Part shown: positions 39,034-47,942 of the stretch, piece after piece
Position numbering within the stretch: position 1 is the first letter of the stretch
Layout: each line of letters begins with the position of its first letter
DNA from: an uncultured delta proteobacterium
GTDB taxonomy: Bacteria; Myxococcota_A; UBA9160; SMWR01
Direction: 5' to 3'
Length of the DNA stretch: 64,000 nucleotides
Assembly: GCA_963832165.1 (NCBI GenBank)
Contig: CAWHTE010000007.1
Coordinates: 288,001 to 352,000 of the forward strand
Notes under the pieces: generated by a model
Database searches by the model: none
What the model was told of the DNA's origin: nothing
What the model saw: the letters and a program-made list of their open reading frames with translations, nothing else
Program-made: the position numbers and the translations under genes

Positions 39034-40205
39034 GGCGCGGCGGCGCGCTCCCGAGCGAAGCGCACCTCGAGCACGCCGTCGCACCAGCGCGTGTCCGCGA
39101 TCGGCAGGCCACCGATCGAGCTCGGCAGCGCGAAGCGGCGCTCGAAGTCTCGCACGGAGACGAACAGGTCGTGGCCGTGGATCCAGACGTCCACCTCGTC
39201 GGCGCGCGCGCTCGGCAGGTCGATCTCGAGCAGCGCCGCGCCGTCGCGTTTGGTGAGGCGCACCGGTCGCCGGCGCACGAACAGCTCCGCGGGGTCGCGC
39301 TCGCCGTAGACCATGCGCCCGAGCGCGCGCAGCGCATCCACTCCGCGCACCTCGCTGGGCAGGAGCGGCGCGAACAGCTGCGGCACCGGGAACGACTTCT
39401 CGATGTCCGCGAGCTCGCTCCGCTCGCGCTCGGCCCAGCGCGCGAAGTAGCCGTTCGCAGCCGTCTCGGGCAGAAGCCGGTTCACGAGCACGGCGTCGGT
39501 CGCCACGCCGTAGAGGCAGAGATAGGCGAACGATCGGCGCGTCTCGTCCACCACGACGCGCGCGGGGTTCACGACCAGCCGTGCGCTCGTGCGATCCTCG
39601 TCGAGCAGGATCTGGCGCACGCTCTCGACCTCGGCGTACAGGCGCTCGAACGCATCGAACACCGACTCGGGTGCCACGAACCGGCCCGCGCCCAGACGCT
39701 CGGCCACGGGCCGCAGCATGCGCGCGGTGCGGCGCTCCCACTGCCAGAGGTTCTCCATGAGATGGCGCAGCACGTCGGGCAGACGCAGCATGCGCAGCGT
39801 GGATCCGGTCGGCGCGCAGTCGACCACGCACACGTCGTGCTTTCCGGCGACCTCCACCTCGTGCACCGCGCGCAGCGCCACGAGCTCTTCGAGACCCGGA
39901 AACACCAGCAGCTCCTCGGCCGCGAGGCTGTCGGATTCGAATAGCGCCGTCTGGAGCCACGCCTGGATTTCCGACCACGAACGGTCGAGCTCGGCGAGCG
40001 CCGACACCTCCTGCGCGCAGACGCGCTCCGAGATCGGCACGAGGCGCGGCCCGACCTCGCGCCCGAGCGCGTCGCCGAGACTGTGCGCCGCGTCGGTCGA
40101 GATCACCGCGCAGCGGTGACCGTGCTCCGCCGCAGCGAGCGCGGTGGCGAGCGCCATGCTCGTCTTGCCGACGCCGCCCTTGCCCGTGAGCAGCAGCACG
40201 CGCAT
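39030..40205 (-). CDS. ArsA/Get3-family ATPase with C-terminal HSP20-like domain (copy 2)
   Basis: GKGGVGKTS, STDAAHSL, DCAPTG; C-terminal alpha-crystallin-like beta domain ending GVLEVRF. Confidence 0.9.
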   Translation of the reverse strand: MRVLLLTGKGGVGKTSMALATALAAAEHGHRCAVISTDAAHSLGDALGREVGPRLVPISERVCAQEVSALAELDRSWSEIQAWLQTALFESDSLAAEELLVFPGLEELVALRAVHEVEVAGKHDVCVVDCAPTGSTLRMLRLPDVLRHLMENLWQWERRTARMLRPVAERLGAGRFVAPESVFDAFERLYAEVESVRQILLDEDRTSARLVVNPARVVVDETRRSFAYLCLYGVATDAVLVNRLLPETAANGYFARWAERERSELADIEKSFPVPQLFAPLLPSEVRGVDALRALGRMVYGERDPAELFVRRRPVRLTKRDGAALLEIDLPSARADEVDVWIHGHDLFVSVRDFERRFALPSSIGGLPIADTRWCDGVLEVRFARERAAAP

Positions 40206-41386
40206 CAGACGGCCTCGGCCGCGCGCTCGAAGCGGACGTGCAGCGTGCCGCCGTCGACGCGCGCCGCGCGCAGCTGGAGCGGCGCGAAGCGGCGCGGCAG
40301 CGTGAGCTTGCGGCGGCGCGCGGGCGTCGAGATCACGAGGTCGCCGTCGATCACGGCCACGTCGAGTTGCGCCGGGTCGACCCCGGGCATCGGCACGCGC
40401 ACCCAGTAGGCGCCGCGCTCGCGCGCGAAGCGGATCGGCTGTGCGCGCGACAGCACCGCATCGGGCGGCGTGTCGCCGAACAGCGCGCGACCGTGCGCGG
40501 CGAGCCGTTCGAGGCCCACCACCTCGTCGTCCTGGAGCGGCGCCCGGAACACGGGCAGCGGGCTGAACAGGCTCTCGACCTCGGCGAGCCGCTCGGCCTG
40601 CACGCGCCCCCAGTCGGCGAAGAAGGGCTCGCGCAGCGCTTCGTCCGGGAGCATGCGGTTCACGACCACGGCGTCGCACGCCACCTCGAACAGCGCGAGC
40701 TCGGTGTGCGCGCGGCGCGCCTCGTCGATCACCATGCGCTCGGACGTCACCACGAGACGCACGGTGGTCTCCGGCGCGGAGAGCCGCGCGCGCAGCGCCG
40801 CGAGGTTCCGGTAGACCAGCTCCTCCGCCTCGCCGAACACCGCGGGCTCGGGCAGCGGCGCCGCCATCAGGCGCTTGGCAATCGGCAGCGCGATCCCCGA
40901 GAACGTGCCCGCGAGCTGGAGCGCGAGCCGCACCATGCCGCTCGCCACTTCGGGCAGCGTCACGAGGCGCAGCGCCGCATCCGTGGGCGCGCAGTCGAGC
41001 ACGAGCAGGTCGAAGGCCCCGCTCTCGGCGAGCTGCTCGACTGCGAGCAGCGTCGTGAGCTCCTCCGCGCCCGGCAGCATCGCGAGCTCTTCCGCGACGG
41101 CCGCCTCGATTCCCTGATGGCGGAACGTGCGCTCGAGAAAATGCTGGATGCGGCCCCAGTGGCGCGCGCTCTCGACGCGCGGGTCGATCTCGAGCCCGTA
41201 CAGCCCCGGCGCGAGCCGACGCGGCTCGGGGCCGAGCCGCACACCCACCACGTCGCCGAGGCTGTGCGCGACGTCGGCCGATGCGACCAGCGTGCGCAAG
41301 CCGCTCTCGGCCGCGACCACTGCGGCCGCGGCGGCCGTGGTCGTCTTGCCGACGCCCCCCTTGCCCGTGTAGAGGACGAGCCGCAC
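40205..41386 (-). CDS. ArsA/Get3-family ATPase with C-terminal HSP20-like domain (copy 1)
   Basis: GKGGVGKTT, SADVAHSL, DCAPTD; C-terminal GTLHVRF. Confidence 0.9.
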   Translation of the reverse strand: MRLVLYTGKGGVGKTTTAAAAAVVAAESGLRTLVASADVAHSLGDVVGVRLGPEPRRLAPGLYGLEIDPRVESARHWGRIQHFLERTFRHQGIEAAVAEELAMLPGAEELTTLLAVEQLAESGAFDLLVLDCAPTDAALRLVTLPEVASGMVRLALQLAGTFSGIALPIAKRLMAAPLPEPAVFGEAEELVYRNLAALRARLSAPETTVRLVVTSERMVIDEARRAHTELALFEVACDAVVVNRMLPDEALREPFFADWGRVQAERLAEVESLFSPLPVFRAPLQDDEVVGLERLAAHGRALFGDTPPDAVLSRAQPIRFARERGAYWVRVPMPGVDPAQLDVAVIDGDLVISTPARRRKLTLPRRFAPLQLRAARVDGGTLHVRFERAAEAV

Positions 41387-41398
41387 CGCCCGACGGTA

Positions 41399-41662
41399 TC
41401 ACGCCGCGCTCGCGACCTCCGGCTGCACCGCCGGCGACGACACGCGCACCGCGACACGCGCAAGCGCGGGAACCTCGCGCAGCGGCTGCGTCCAGCGGTG
41501 CTGGCAGCGCGGACATTCCGCGAGCAGGAGCCAGCTGCTGGTCTCCGCTCGCCCCTGGCTCGCTGCGCGCGGCTTGCCGCCGTACTCGACGGCGTCGGTG
41601 CGCACCTCGAGCGACCCGCACACCGCACACGCGGCTCCCGGAATCGCAAGCCTGTTCTGCAT
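41399..41662 (-). CDS. Small Zn-ribbon protein
   Basis: CAVC...CPRC(QHRW) motifs; GGAGG RBS 8 nt upstream. Confidence 0.65.
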   Translation of the reverse strand: MQNRLAIPGAACAVCGSLEVRTDAVEYGGKPRAASQGRAETSSWLLLAECPRCQHRWTQPLREVPALARVAVRVSSPAVQPEVASAA

Positions 41663-41711
41663 ACGAAGCGCCTCCCTGTTCGATCTCGTCGCAAGGAGGT
41701 TTCCGCGAGGG

Positions 41712-41730
41712 TGTGACAGGTCCGGTCACA
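41712..41730. promoter_or_regulatory. Inverted repeat, candidate operator
   Basis: TGTGAC-N7-GTCACA upstream of the Zn-ribbon/ArsA genes. Confidence 0.4.
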
Positions 41731-41742
41731 GCTCGAAACGGG

Positions 41743-42846
41743 CTAATCGAGGCGCTTGCGAAACCGCGCGATCGACGCGCCCAGCGCAACGGCCAGGAAC
41801 GCGATCAGCGGCCAGATCTCCGTGTGTACCTCGGAGAGCGTCGCCCCGCGCAGAAGGATCCCGCGCGTGATCCGCACGAAGTGCGTGAGAGGAAACACCT
41901 CGGCGATCACCTGCGCAGCGCGCGGCATGCCGTCGAACGGGAACATGAAGCCCGAGAGCAGGATCTGCGGCAGGAACGTGAAGAACGTGATCTGGAACGC
42001 CTGCACCTGGGTGGCCGCGAGCGTGGAGATGAACAGGCCGAGCGCGAGCGAGGTGGTCACGAACGCGAGGCTCGCCACGTAGATGTCGACGAGCGAGCCG
42101 CGGATCGGCACGTCGAAGAACCAGTACCCGACCAGCAGGATCAGCGTCACCTGAACCATGCCGATCGCCATGTAGGGCAGGATCTTGCCGACCATGAGCT
42201 CGGGCGTGCGCACGGGCGTGTTGATCAGGAGCTCGAGGTTGCCGCGCTCGCGCTCGCGCACGATCGCCACCGCGGTGAAGAGCACCATCGTCATGGTGAG
42301 GATCACGCCCAGCAGACCCGGGACGATCTGCACCTGCGAGCGGCGCTCCGGGTTGTAGTAGGCGCGCACCTCGAAGGTCTCGGTTGCGTGCCGCGCGGGC
42401 GCCGCGCGCGCGCTCACGGGCAGTGCGGCGATTCCGCGCGCCGCGCCGAGCACGATCGGGTCGCTGCCGTCCACGAGCAGCTGCGCGGGCGCGCGATCGC
42501 CGCGCTCGACGCGCCGCTCGAAGTCGGGCGGCACGAGCAGCCCCACGGAGATCTCGCCCGCGCGCAACAGAGCCTCGAGCTCGGCGGCGCTGCGCGCGCG
42601 CTCGACCACCTCCACGACCTGCGTGGCCTGGGCGTCCTGCACGAGCAGGCGCGCGCGCTGCGTGCCCGCGAGATCGGCCACACCCGCGCGCAGGTGCCGC
42701 ACGTCCTGGTTGATCGCGTAGCCGAACAGCAGGAGCTGCAGCACGGGAAGCCCCACGATCATGCCGAACGTGAGGCGGTCGCGGCGCAGCTGCAGCACCT
42801 CCTTGCGCGCGATCGCCGCGATGCGTCCGAGCGCCTCGCCCCTCAC
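41743..42846 (-). CDS. ABC-2 type exporter permease (YbhR/S-like)
   Basis: KEVLQLRRD, LFGYAI, YNP, RERERGNLELL and LSGFMFP. Confidence 0.92.
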   Translation of the reverse strand: MRGEALGRIAAIARKEVLQLRRDRLTFGMIVGLPVLQLLLFGYAINQDVRHLRAGVADLAGTQRARLLVQDAQATQVVEVVERARSAAELEALLRAGEISVGLLVPPDFERRVERGDRAPAQLLVDGSDPIVLGAARGIAALPVSARAAPARHATETFEVRAYYNPERRSQVQIVPGLLGVILTMTMVLFTAVAIVRERERGNLELLINTPVRTPELMVGKILPYMAIGMVQVTLILLVGYWFFDVPIRGSLVDIYVASLAFVTTSLALGLFISTLAATQVQAFQITFFTFLPQILLSGFMFPFDGMPRAAQVIAEVFPLTHFVRITRGILLRGATLSEVHTEIWPLIAFLAVALGASIARFRKRLD

Positions 42847-43772
42847 CGCGCGCCTCCGCGTCCGGTGGCGGCCACGAACACATCCTCGAGGCTCGCCTCC
42901 GCGACCTGCACGCGCGCCTCGACACCGGCGTGCGACAGCGCCGCGCGCACGGCGTCGCCGGGATCCTGCACCTCCGGATCGATCAGCGCGTGCAGGCGCG
43001 TGCCGAGCTGCGCGACGCTCCAGAGCCCGCGCACGTCCGCGAGCGCCGCACGAGCACCGCGCATCTCTTCGGTCTCGATCTCGAGCACGACCGCCCCGAT
43101 CTGCGCCTCGAGCTCGCGCGGGGCGCCCTGTGCCACGAGCTTCCCATCGTCGAGGATCGCGAGCGCGTGGCAGCGCTCCGCCTCGTCCATGTAGTGGGTG
43201 GAGACGAGGATCGTGGTGCCGCGGTCGACGAGCGCGAACAGCGACTCCCAGAAGTCGCGCCGATTCTGCGGATCGACGGCGCTGGTCGGCTCGTCGAGGA
43301 ACAGGAGCTCGGGCTCGTGGATCAGCGATGCCGCGAGCGCGAGACGCTGCCGCTGGCCGCCCGAGAGCGTGCCCGCGCGCTGATCGGGCCGGTCGAGGTG
43401 GAAGTCCGCGAGCAGCGCGTCGACGCGTTGGCGCCGGCGCGCGGCGGGCAGCGAGTAGATCTCGCCCATGAACTCGAGGTTCTCGCGAATCGTGAGCTCC
43501 TCGTAGAGCGAGAAGCGCTGGGTCATGTACCCGATCTTGCGGCGCAGCTTCTGGGCATCGCGCGGGATCTGGAAGTCGAGCACGCGCGCCTCGCCCGCGG
43601 ACGGGCGCAAGAGGCCGCATAGCATCCGGATCGTGGTGGTCTTGCCGGAGCCGTTGGGCCCGAGGAAGCCGTAGATCTGCGCGCGCGGGATCGCGAGATC
43701 GACGTGATCGACGGCGACGAGGTTGCCGAAGCGCCTCGTGAGGCCGCGCGTCTCGATCGCAAGCTCACTCAC
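42843..43772 (-). CDS. ABC exporter ATP-binding protein
   Basis: GPNGSGKTT, LSGGQRQR, LDEPT and STH. Confidence 0.93.
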   Translation of the reverse strand: MSELAIETRGLTRRFGNLVAVDHVDLAIPRAQIYGFLGPNGSGKTTTIRMLCGLLRPSAGEARVLDFQIPRDAQKLRRKIGYMTQRFSLYEELTIRENLEFMGEIYSLPAARRRQRVDALLADFHLDRPDQRAGTLSGGQRQRLALAASLIHEPELLFLDEPTSAVDPQNRRDFWESLFALVDRGTTILVSTHYMDEAERCHALAILDDGKLVAQGAPRELEAQIGAVVLEIETEEMRGARAALADVRGLWSVAQLGTRLHALIDPEVQDPGDAVRAALSHAGVEARVQVAEASLEDVFVAATGRGGAR

Positions 43773-44692
43773 TTGCTGGCCGGGTCTGATGACTTCGCGA
43801 GACTTGCCACTGGCACGAGCTCGACCTCGAGCGGAAGCCCCGTCGGGAGCTTGTGTGCGGCCTCGCCTTCGAGGTCGATCTTCGCGACGAAGCTGAGCCT
43901 GCCGCGGTCGCGCTCGGTCAACGCGTAGTAGGGCGTGAACGCGGCCTCGTGCGTGACCGTGCGAACGTGCCCCGCGAACTCGCCTTCGACGCCGTCGATG
44001 TGCACCGCGGCACGCGCACCCGGCACGACCTGCGCGCGCACCTGCTCGGGCACGTAGACGCGCGCGTAGGGCGCGCCGTCGGCGAGCAGGATCGCCACCA
44101 CGGCGCCCGCGGCCGGGCGCTCGCCGAGCTCGTAGGGCAGTGCATCGACCTGGGCATCGCGCGGCGCTCGCACGACGAGCCGCCCCGCGTGCACACGCGC
44201 CTCCACGAGCATGGCCTCGGCCTGCGAGAGCTCGGCGCGCGCGGCGTCGCGCTCCGCGCGTGCACCGTCGCGCTGCGCGTGGGCGCGGTCGAGTGCCTCC
44301 GGCGATGCGACACCGGTCGCCCGCAGCTTCACGATCCGCGCGAGCTCGCGCTCGGCGGTCTGGAGCGCGCTCTGGGCCCCCGGGATGCGCGCGGCCGCGG
44401 CGTCGCGCCGGTGCTGCGCCTGCGCGACCAGCGCCGTGAGCCGCTCGGCGTCGAGACGCAGCACGACGTCGCCGGCCTTCACGAACGCGCCTTCGGGCAC
44501 CGCGCGCTCGACGATCGGCTCCGACGCCTCCGCGATCAGCTCGATCCGATCGCGCTCGAGCGTGCCGACGAAGCGAGGCTCGGCGTCTTCGGAGCACGCC
44601 GCCGCGGCGAGCCCCGTCGCGAGCGCTACGGCGAATCTCATGGCCTTCGCTCGCCTTCGGCTGGCTGCGCGAAACTTGCGGCGGCGCATCAT
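43769..44692 (-). CDS. HlyD/YbhG-family periplasmic adaptor lipoprotein
   Basis: Lipobox AAAC; V.EG..V.AGD, helical hairpin, VYVPE and FTPYYALTERDR. Alternative start at 44641. Confidence 0.88.
   Translation of the reverse strand: MMRRRKFRAASRRRAKAMRFAVALATGLAAAACSEDAEPRFVGTLERDRIELIAEASEPIVERAVPEGAFVKAGDVVLRLDAERLTALVAQAQHRRDAAAARIPGAQSALQTAERELARIVKLRATGVASPEALDRAHAQRDGARAERDAARAELSQAEAMLVEARVHAGRLVVRAPRDAQVDALPYELGERPAAGAVVAILLADGAPYARVYVPEQVRAQVVPGARAAVHIDGVEGEFAGHVRTVTHEAAFTPYYALTERDRGRLSFVAKIDLEGEAAHKLPTGLPLEVELVPVASLAKSSDPASK
44640..44679 (-). repeat. Dispersed REP-like repeat, copy C
   Basis: Reverse complement is GCAAGTTTCGCGCAGCCAGCCGAAGGCGAGCGAAGGCCAT. Confidence 0.8.
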
Positions 44693-45357
44693 GCTTCGGC
44701 CTCCACGGGCGCGAGTCCGCGCGCGAGAACAGCGCGCACGTGCGCGATCAGTCGATCGCGGAAGTCGTCGTCGAGCTCGTATCCGAGCGCACGGCCGGCC
44801 ACGGGGTGCATGAGATACGGGACCATTCCCATCCCGAAGATCGAGAGCATGACCAGCAGCGGATCGAGGTCGTCGCGGATCCGCCCCTCCGCCATCTCGC
44901 GGCGCAGCATCTGGGGGACGAGCACGCCGGGACCCTTCGCGATCCGCTCGGCGAGGAAATCGCGCAGCGGCGATTCGCGCGCGAGCACCTCGCGCGCGAG
45001 CAGCGGCGGCAGCCACGGCGTGTCGGCGAGCGTGCTGATCTGGAGATCGACCAGGCGCGCGATCGGATCGCCGTTGGTCGCGGAGCGGTCGAGCAGCGCG
45101 CGCATGCGCTCGACGAGGCGCTGATAGGTGGCGTCGATCATCGCCTCGTAGAGACCGCGCTTGCCGCCGAAGTAGTAGGCGATCATGCCCGGCGTCACGC
45201 CCGCTGCGCTCGCGATCTGCCGTACGCCGACCGCCTGGAAGCCGCGTTCGTGGGCGAGGGCGATCGCGGCCTCGACCAGCCGCTGGCGAACCTGCGGTGA
45301 GCCTTCCGCCTGGCGGGGACGCCCGGGTCGCGGCTTCGGTTTCGCTTTCGACCCCAT
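44689..45357 (-). CDS. TetR/AcrR family regulator
   Basis: GRP...RQRLVEAA..L..ERGF..V.VRQIA..AGV.PGMIAYYFGGK.GLY. Confidence 0.93.
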   Translation of the reverse strand: MGSKAKPKPRPGRPRQAEGSPQVRQRLVEAAIALAHERGFQAVGVRQIASAAGVTPGMIAYYFGGKRGLYEAMIDATYQRLVERMRALLDRSATNGDPIARLVDLQISTLADTPWLPPLLAREVLARESPLRDFLAERIAKGPGVLVPQMLRREMAEGRIRDDLDPLLVMLSIFGMGMVPYLMHPVAGRALGYELDDDFRDRLIAHVRAVLARGLAPVEAEA

Positions 45358-45365
45358 GCGGCCCT

Positions 45366-45394
45366 AAATTAATCGAACGTTCGATTAATTTCAA
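45366..45394 (-). promoter_or_regulatory. TetR operator (perfect 26-bp palindrome) overlapping the promoter
   Basis: AAATTAATCGAAC|GTTCGATTAATTT at 45366-45391. Minus strand reads TTGAAA-17-TAATTT, ending 8 nt before the tetR ATG. Confidence 0.85.
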
Positions 45395-45450
45395 CGGGAG
45401 GGGCCGGAGCCGGGTCGCGCGTATCATCCGGCGCTGCGCCCTACCCGGCC

Positions 45451-45510
45451 GCAAGTTTCGCGCAGCGAGCGCAAGTTTCGCGCAGCGAGCCGAAGGCGAG
45501 CGAAGACCAT
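45451..45510 (+). repeat. Dispersed REP-like repeat, copy D, with tandem duplication of its first 20 bp
   Basis: GCAAGTTTCGCGCAGCGAGC twice, then CGAAGGCGAGCGAAGACCAT. Confidence 0.85.
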
Positions 45511-45525
45511 CAAGCGGGAGGTCCC

Positions 45526-46545
45526 ATGCGGATCGGCATCATTCTCACGGCGGGCTCGGCGCGCGCCGACGTCGACCTCGCGATCCGGGCCGAAGCGGCC
45601 GGCTTCGATGGCGTGTTCACGATCGAGTTCTTCAATCGGAACGGTTATGTGCCGCTCGGCGCGATCGCGCAGGCCACGCAGCGCGTGCGTATCGGCACCG
45701 CCATTGCGAACGCGTTCACAAGAAGCCCGCTCGTGCACGCGGCGGCCGCGATGGACCTCGACGAGCTCTCGGAGGGCAGGCTCGTGCTCGGCCTCGGCAG
45801 CGCCACGCGCCGCATGAACGAGGACTGGTACGGCGTGCCGTTCTCGGCGCCGGCCCCGCGCATGCGCGAGCTCGCCCTGCTGCTGCGCGCCGCGTTCAAG
45901 GCGCAGAAGGGCGGAGGCTTCCGCTGGGAAGGCGAGCACTGGAAGCTCTCGGTTCCGATCTATGCGCGACCGGGCGCGCCGCGCGTCGACATCCCGATCT
46001 GGATCGCCGCGGTCAACCGCGGAATGATCGCGGCCGCAGGCGCCGTGGCCGACGGGCTGGTCGGCCACCCGATCGCGACGCGCCGCTGGCACCGCGAGGT
46101 GACGCTGCCCGGGCTGCGCGCGGGCGAGCGCGCGGCGGGCCGCCGCGAGGGGGCCTGCGCGCTGGCGCCCTACGTGGTCACCTCGATCCAGGACGATCGC
46201 GAGCTCGCGATCGCGGATGCGAAGAACCAGATCGGCTTCTACTTCACCACGGGCATCTACCACTCGGTGCTCGATCTGCACGGCATGCGCGAAGTCGGCG
46301 ACGCGTGCCGCGCCGCGCTGCGCACGTTCGACACCAAGGCGATGGCGGCCGCGGTGCCCGATGCGCTCGTCGAGGAGATCGCGATCGCGTGCACGCCCGA
46401 CGAGGCGCGCGATCGCCTCGCGCTCTGGAAGGACCTCACCGACCAGCCGCTGCTCTACGCGCCGACCGTCGGCGTGCCGCGCGGTCGGCTCCAGGACAAC
46501 CTCGACGCGACGCTCGAGATCTTCGGGAGCGGGAGCCGTCCGTGA
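45526..46545 (+). CDS. LLM-class flavin-dependent oxidoreductase
   Basis: AEAAGFD, IGTAIA..F.RSP, LS.GRL.LGLG and AGAVADG. GGGAGG RBS. Confidence 0.9.
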   Translation: MRIGIILTAGSARADVDLAIRAEAAGFDGVFTIEFFNRNGYVPLGAIAQATQRVRIGTAIANAFTRSPLVHAAAAMDLDELSEGRLVLGLGSATRRMNEDWYGVPFSAPAPRMRELALLLRAAFKAQKGGGFRWEGEHWKLSVPIYARPGAPRVDIPIWIAAVNRGMIAAAGAVADGLVGHPIATRRWHREVTLPGLRAGERAAGRREGACALAPYVVTSIQDDRELAIADAKNQIGFYFTTGIYHSVLDLHGMREVGDACRAALRTFDTKAMAAAVPDALVEEIAIACTPDEARDRLALWKDLTDQPLLYAPTVGVPRGRLQDNLDATLEIFGSGSRP

Positions 46546-47240
46546 ACGAGTCACCCGATTTGCTGAAGCCGGCCTGGGACACGACCAAGGAAGAGCCGGG
46601 CAAGTGGGCCCAGAAGCGCCGGCTCGCCAACGCCATGCGGGTCGTGATCGAGCGGCTCACGTCGAGCGACGCGCCCGAAGACGAGCTGCGCCGCGCGGCG
46701 GATGCGCTCGAGCGCTATGCCGATGCGCTCGCGGCCCACCCGCGCCTGCGCTTCGTGCACGGCTTCGCCGAGTCGGCCAACGCGGGCGACGTGGCCGCAT
46801 TCTTCGACCGCAGCCCGATGATCGGCCTCGCCAACCCGCTCGCACCGCCGATCACGATCGCGAAGACGGGTGAGCGCACGGCGGAGGCGCGCGCGGTGTT
46901 CAGCTCGGCGTACGAGGGCCCGCCCGGCAACGTGCACGGCGGCTTCGTCGCGGCGGCGTTCGACGAGGTGCTCGGCTTCGTGCAGTCGCTCTCGGGCCGG
47001 CCCGGCATGACCGGCACGCTCGTCGTGCGCTACCGCAAGCCCACGCCGCTGCACACGGAGCTGCGCTTCACCGCGGAGTACGTGCGCAGCGAGGGACGCA
47101 AGCTCTACACCGAGGCGCGTTTGCACGCGGGCGACGTGCTGTGCGCCGAGGCGGAGGGGATCTTCGTCTCGATCGAGCGCGCGCGCTTCGCCGAGCTCGA
47201 GGCGCTGCGCGCCCAACGCGAGGCGGATCGCGCGCGGTGA
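46542..47240 (+). CDS. PaaI-family thioesterase
   Basis: G.ANPLAPP and YEGPPGNVHGG..AAAFDE.LG motifs. Confidence 0.88.
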   Translation: MNESPDLLKPAWDTTKEEPGKWAQKRRLANAMRVVIERLTSSDAPEDELRRAADALERYADALAAHPRLRFVHGFAESANAGDVAAFFDRSPMIGLANPLAPPITIAKTGERTAEARAVFSSAYEGPPGNVHGGFVAAAFDEVLGFVQSLSGRPGMTGTLVVRYRKPTPLHTELRFTAEYVRSEGRKLYTEARLHAGDVLCAEAEGIFVSIERARFAELEALRAQREADRAR

Positions 47241-47935
47241 CGTTCGCGCGGCGCGGTCGTCCGCGCGGCTTCGGCCGGCGGCTCGCGGGATTCACGCTGA
47301 AGCTCGCCGCGCTCGTGCTGTTCGCGAGCGCTGTGCTCGTGTTGCCGTGGCGCTGGGTGCCGCCGCCCACGAGCGCGTTCATGCTGCGCGAGCAGCTGAA
47401 CGGACACGTGACGCGCCACCGTTGGATCCCCTATCCGGCGATCTCGAAGAACCTCGTGCTTTGCGTGATCGCGGCCGAGGACCAGAAGTTCGCCCAGCAC
47501 CAGGGCTTCGACGTCGAGGCGATCGTGAAGGCGACCCGAGAGCGGCGTCGCAAGCCGCGCGGCGCCAGCACGATCTCGCAGCAGCTCGCGAAGAATCTCT
47601 TCCTGTGGCCGGGACGCAGCTTGGTACGCAAGGGCCTCGAGGCGTACTTCACGGTCTGGCTCGAGCAGACCTGGCCCAAGCGGCGGATCCTCGAGGTGTA
47701 TCTGAACGTCGCGGAGTTCGGCCCCGGCGTGTTCGGCGCCGCGGCCGCCAGCGAGCTGATGTTCGGCAAGCCCGCGAGCGACCTCACGCTCTCGGAGGCC
47801 GCGCGGCTCGCGGCGGTGCTGCCGAGCCCGAAGCGGATGTCCGCCGTGCATCCCTCGGCGTACGTCTACGAGCGCGCGGGTCAGATCGAGAGCGTCGCGC
47901 GCGCGCTCGGCGTCCACTTCGTCGCGGGGCTGTGA
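47237..47935 (+). CDS. mtgA: Monofunctional peptidoglycan transglycosylase
   Basis: AEDQKF..H.GFD, RGASTISQQLAKNLFLW, RKGLEA and KRRILEVYLN. Confidence 0.95.
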   Translation: MTFARRGRPRGFGRRLAGFTLKLAALVLFASAVLVLPWRWVPPPTSAFMLREQLNGHVTRHRWIPYPAISKNLVLCVIAAEDQKFAQHQGFDVEAIVKATRERRRKPRGASTISQQLAKNLFLWPGRSLVRKGLEAYFTVWLEQTWPKRRILEVYLNVAEFGPGVFGAAAASELMFGKPASDLTLSEAARLAAVLPSPKRMSAVHPSAYVYERAGQIESVARALGVHFVAGL

Positions 47936-47942
47936 GGAGTTC

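Noticed and set aside
39030..41386. Arsenic resistance operon
   Set aside because: No arsB/acr3/arsC/arsR/arsD nearby, and the HSP20-tailed architecture belongs to the non-arsenic clade.
39030..41789. 919-aa ORF suggesting a fused pseudo-dimeric ArsA
   Set aside because: Copy 1 is in a different frame with its own stop (TGATG overlap at 40205), so these are two separate genes.
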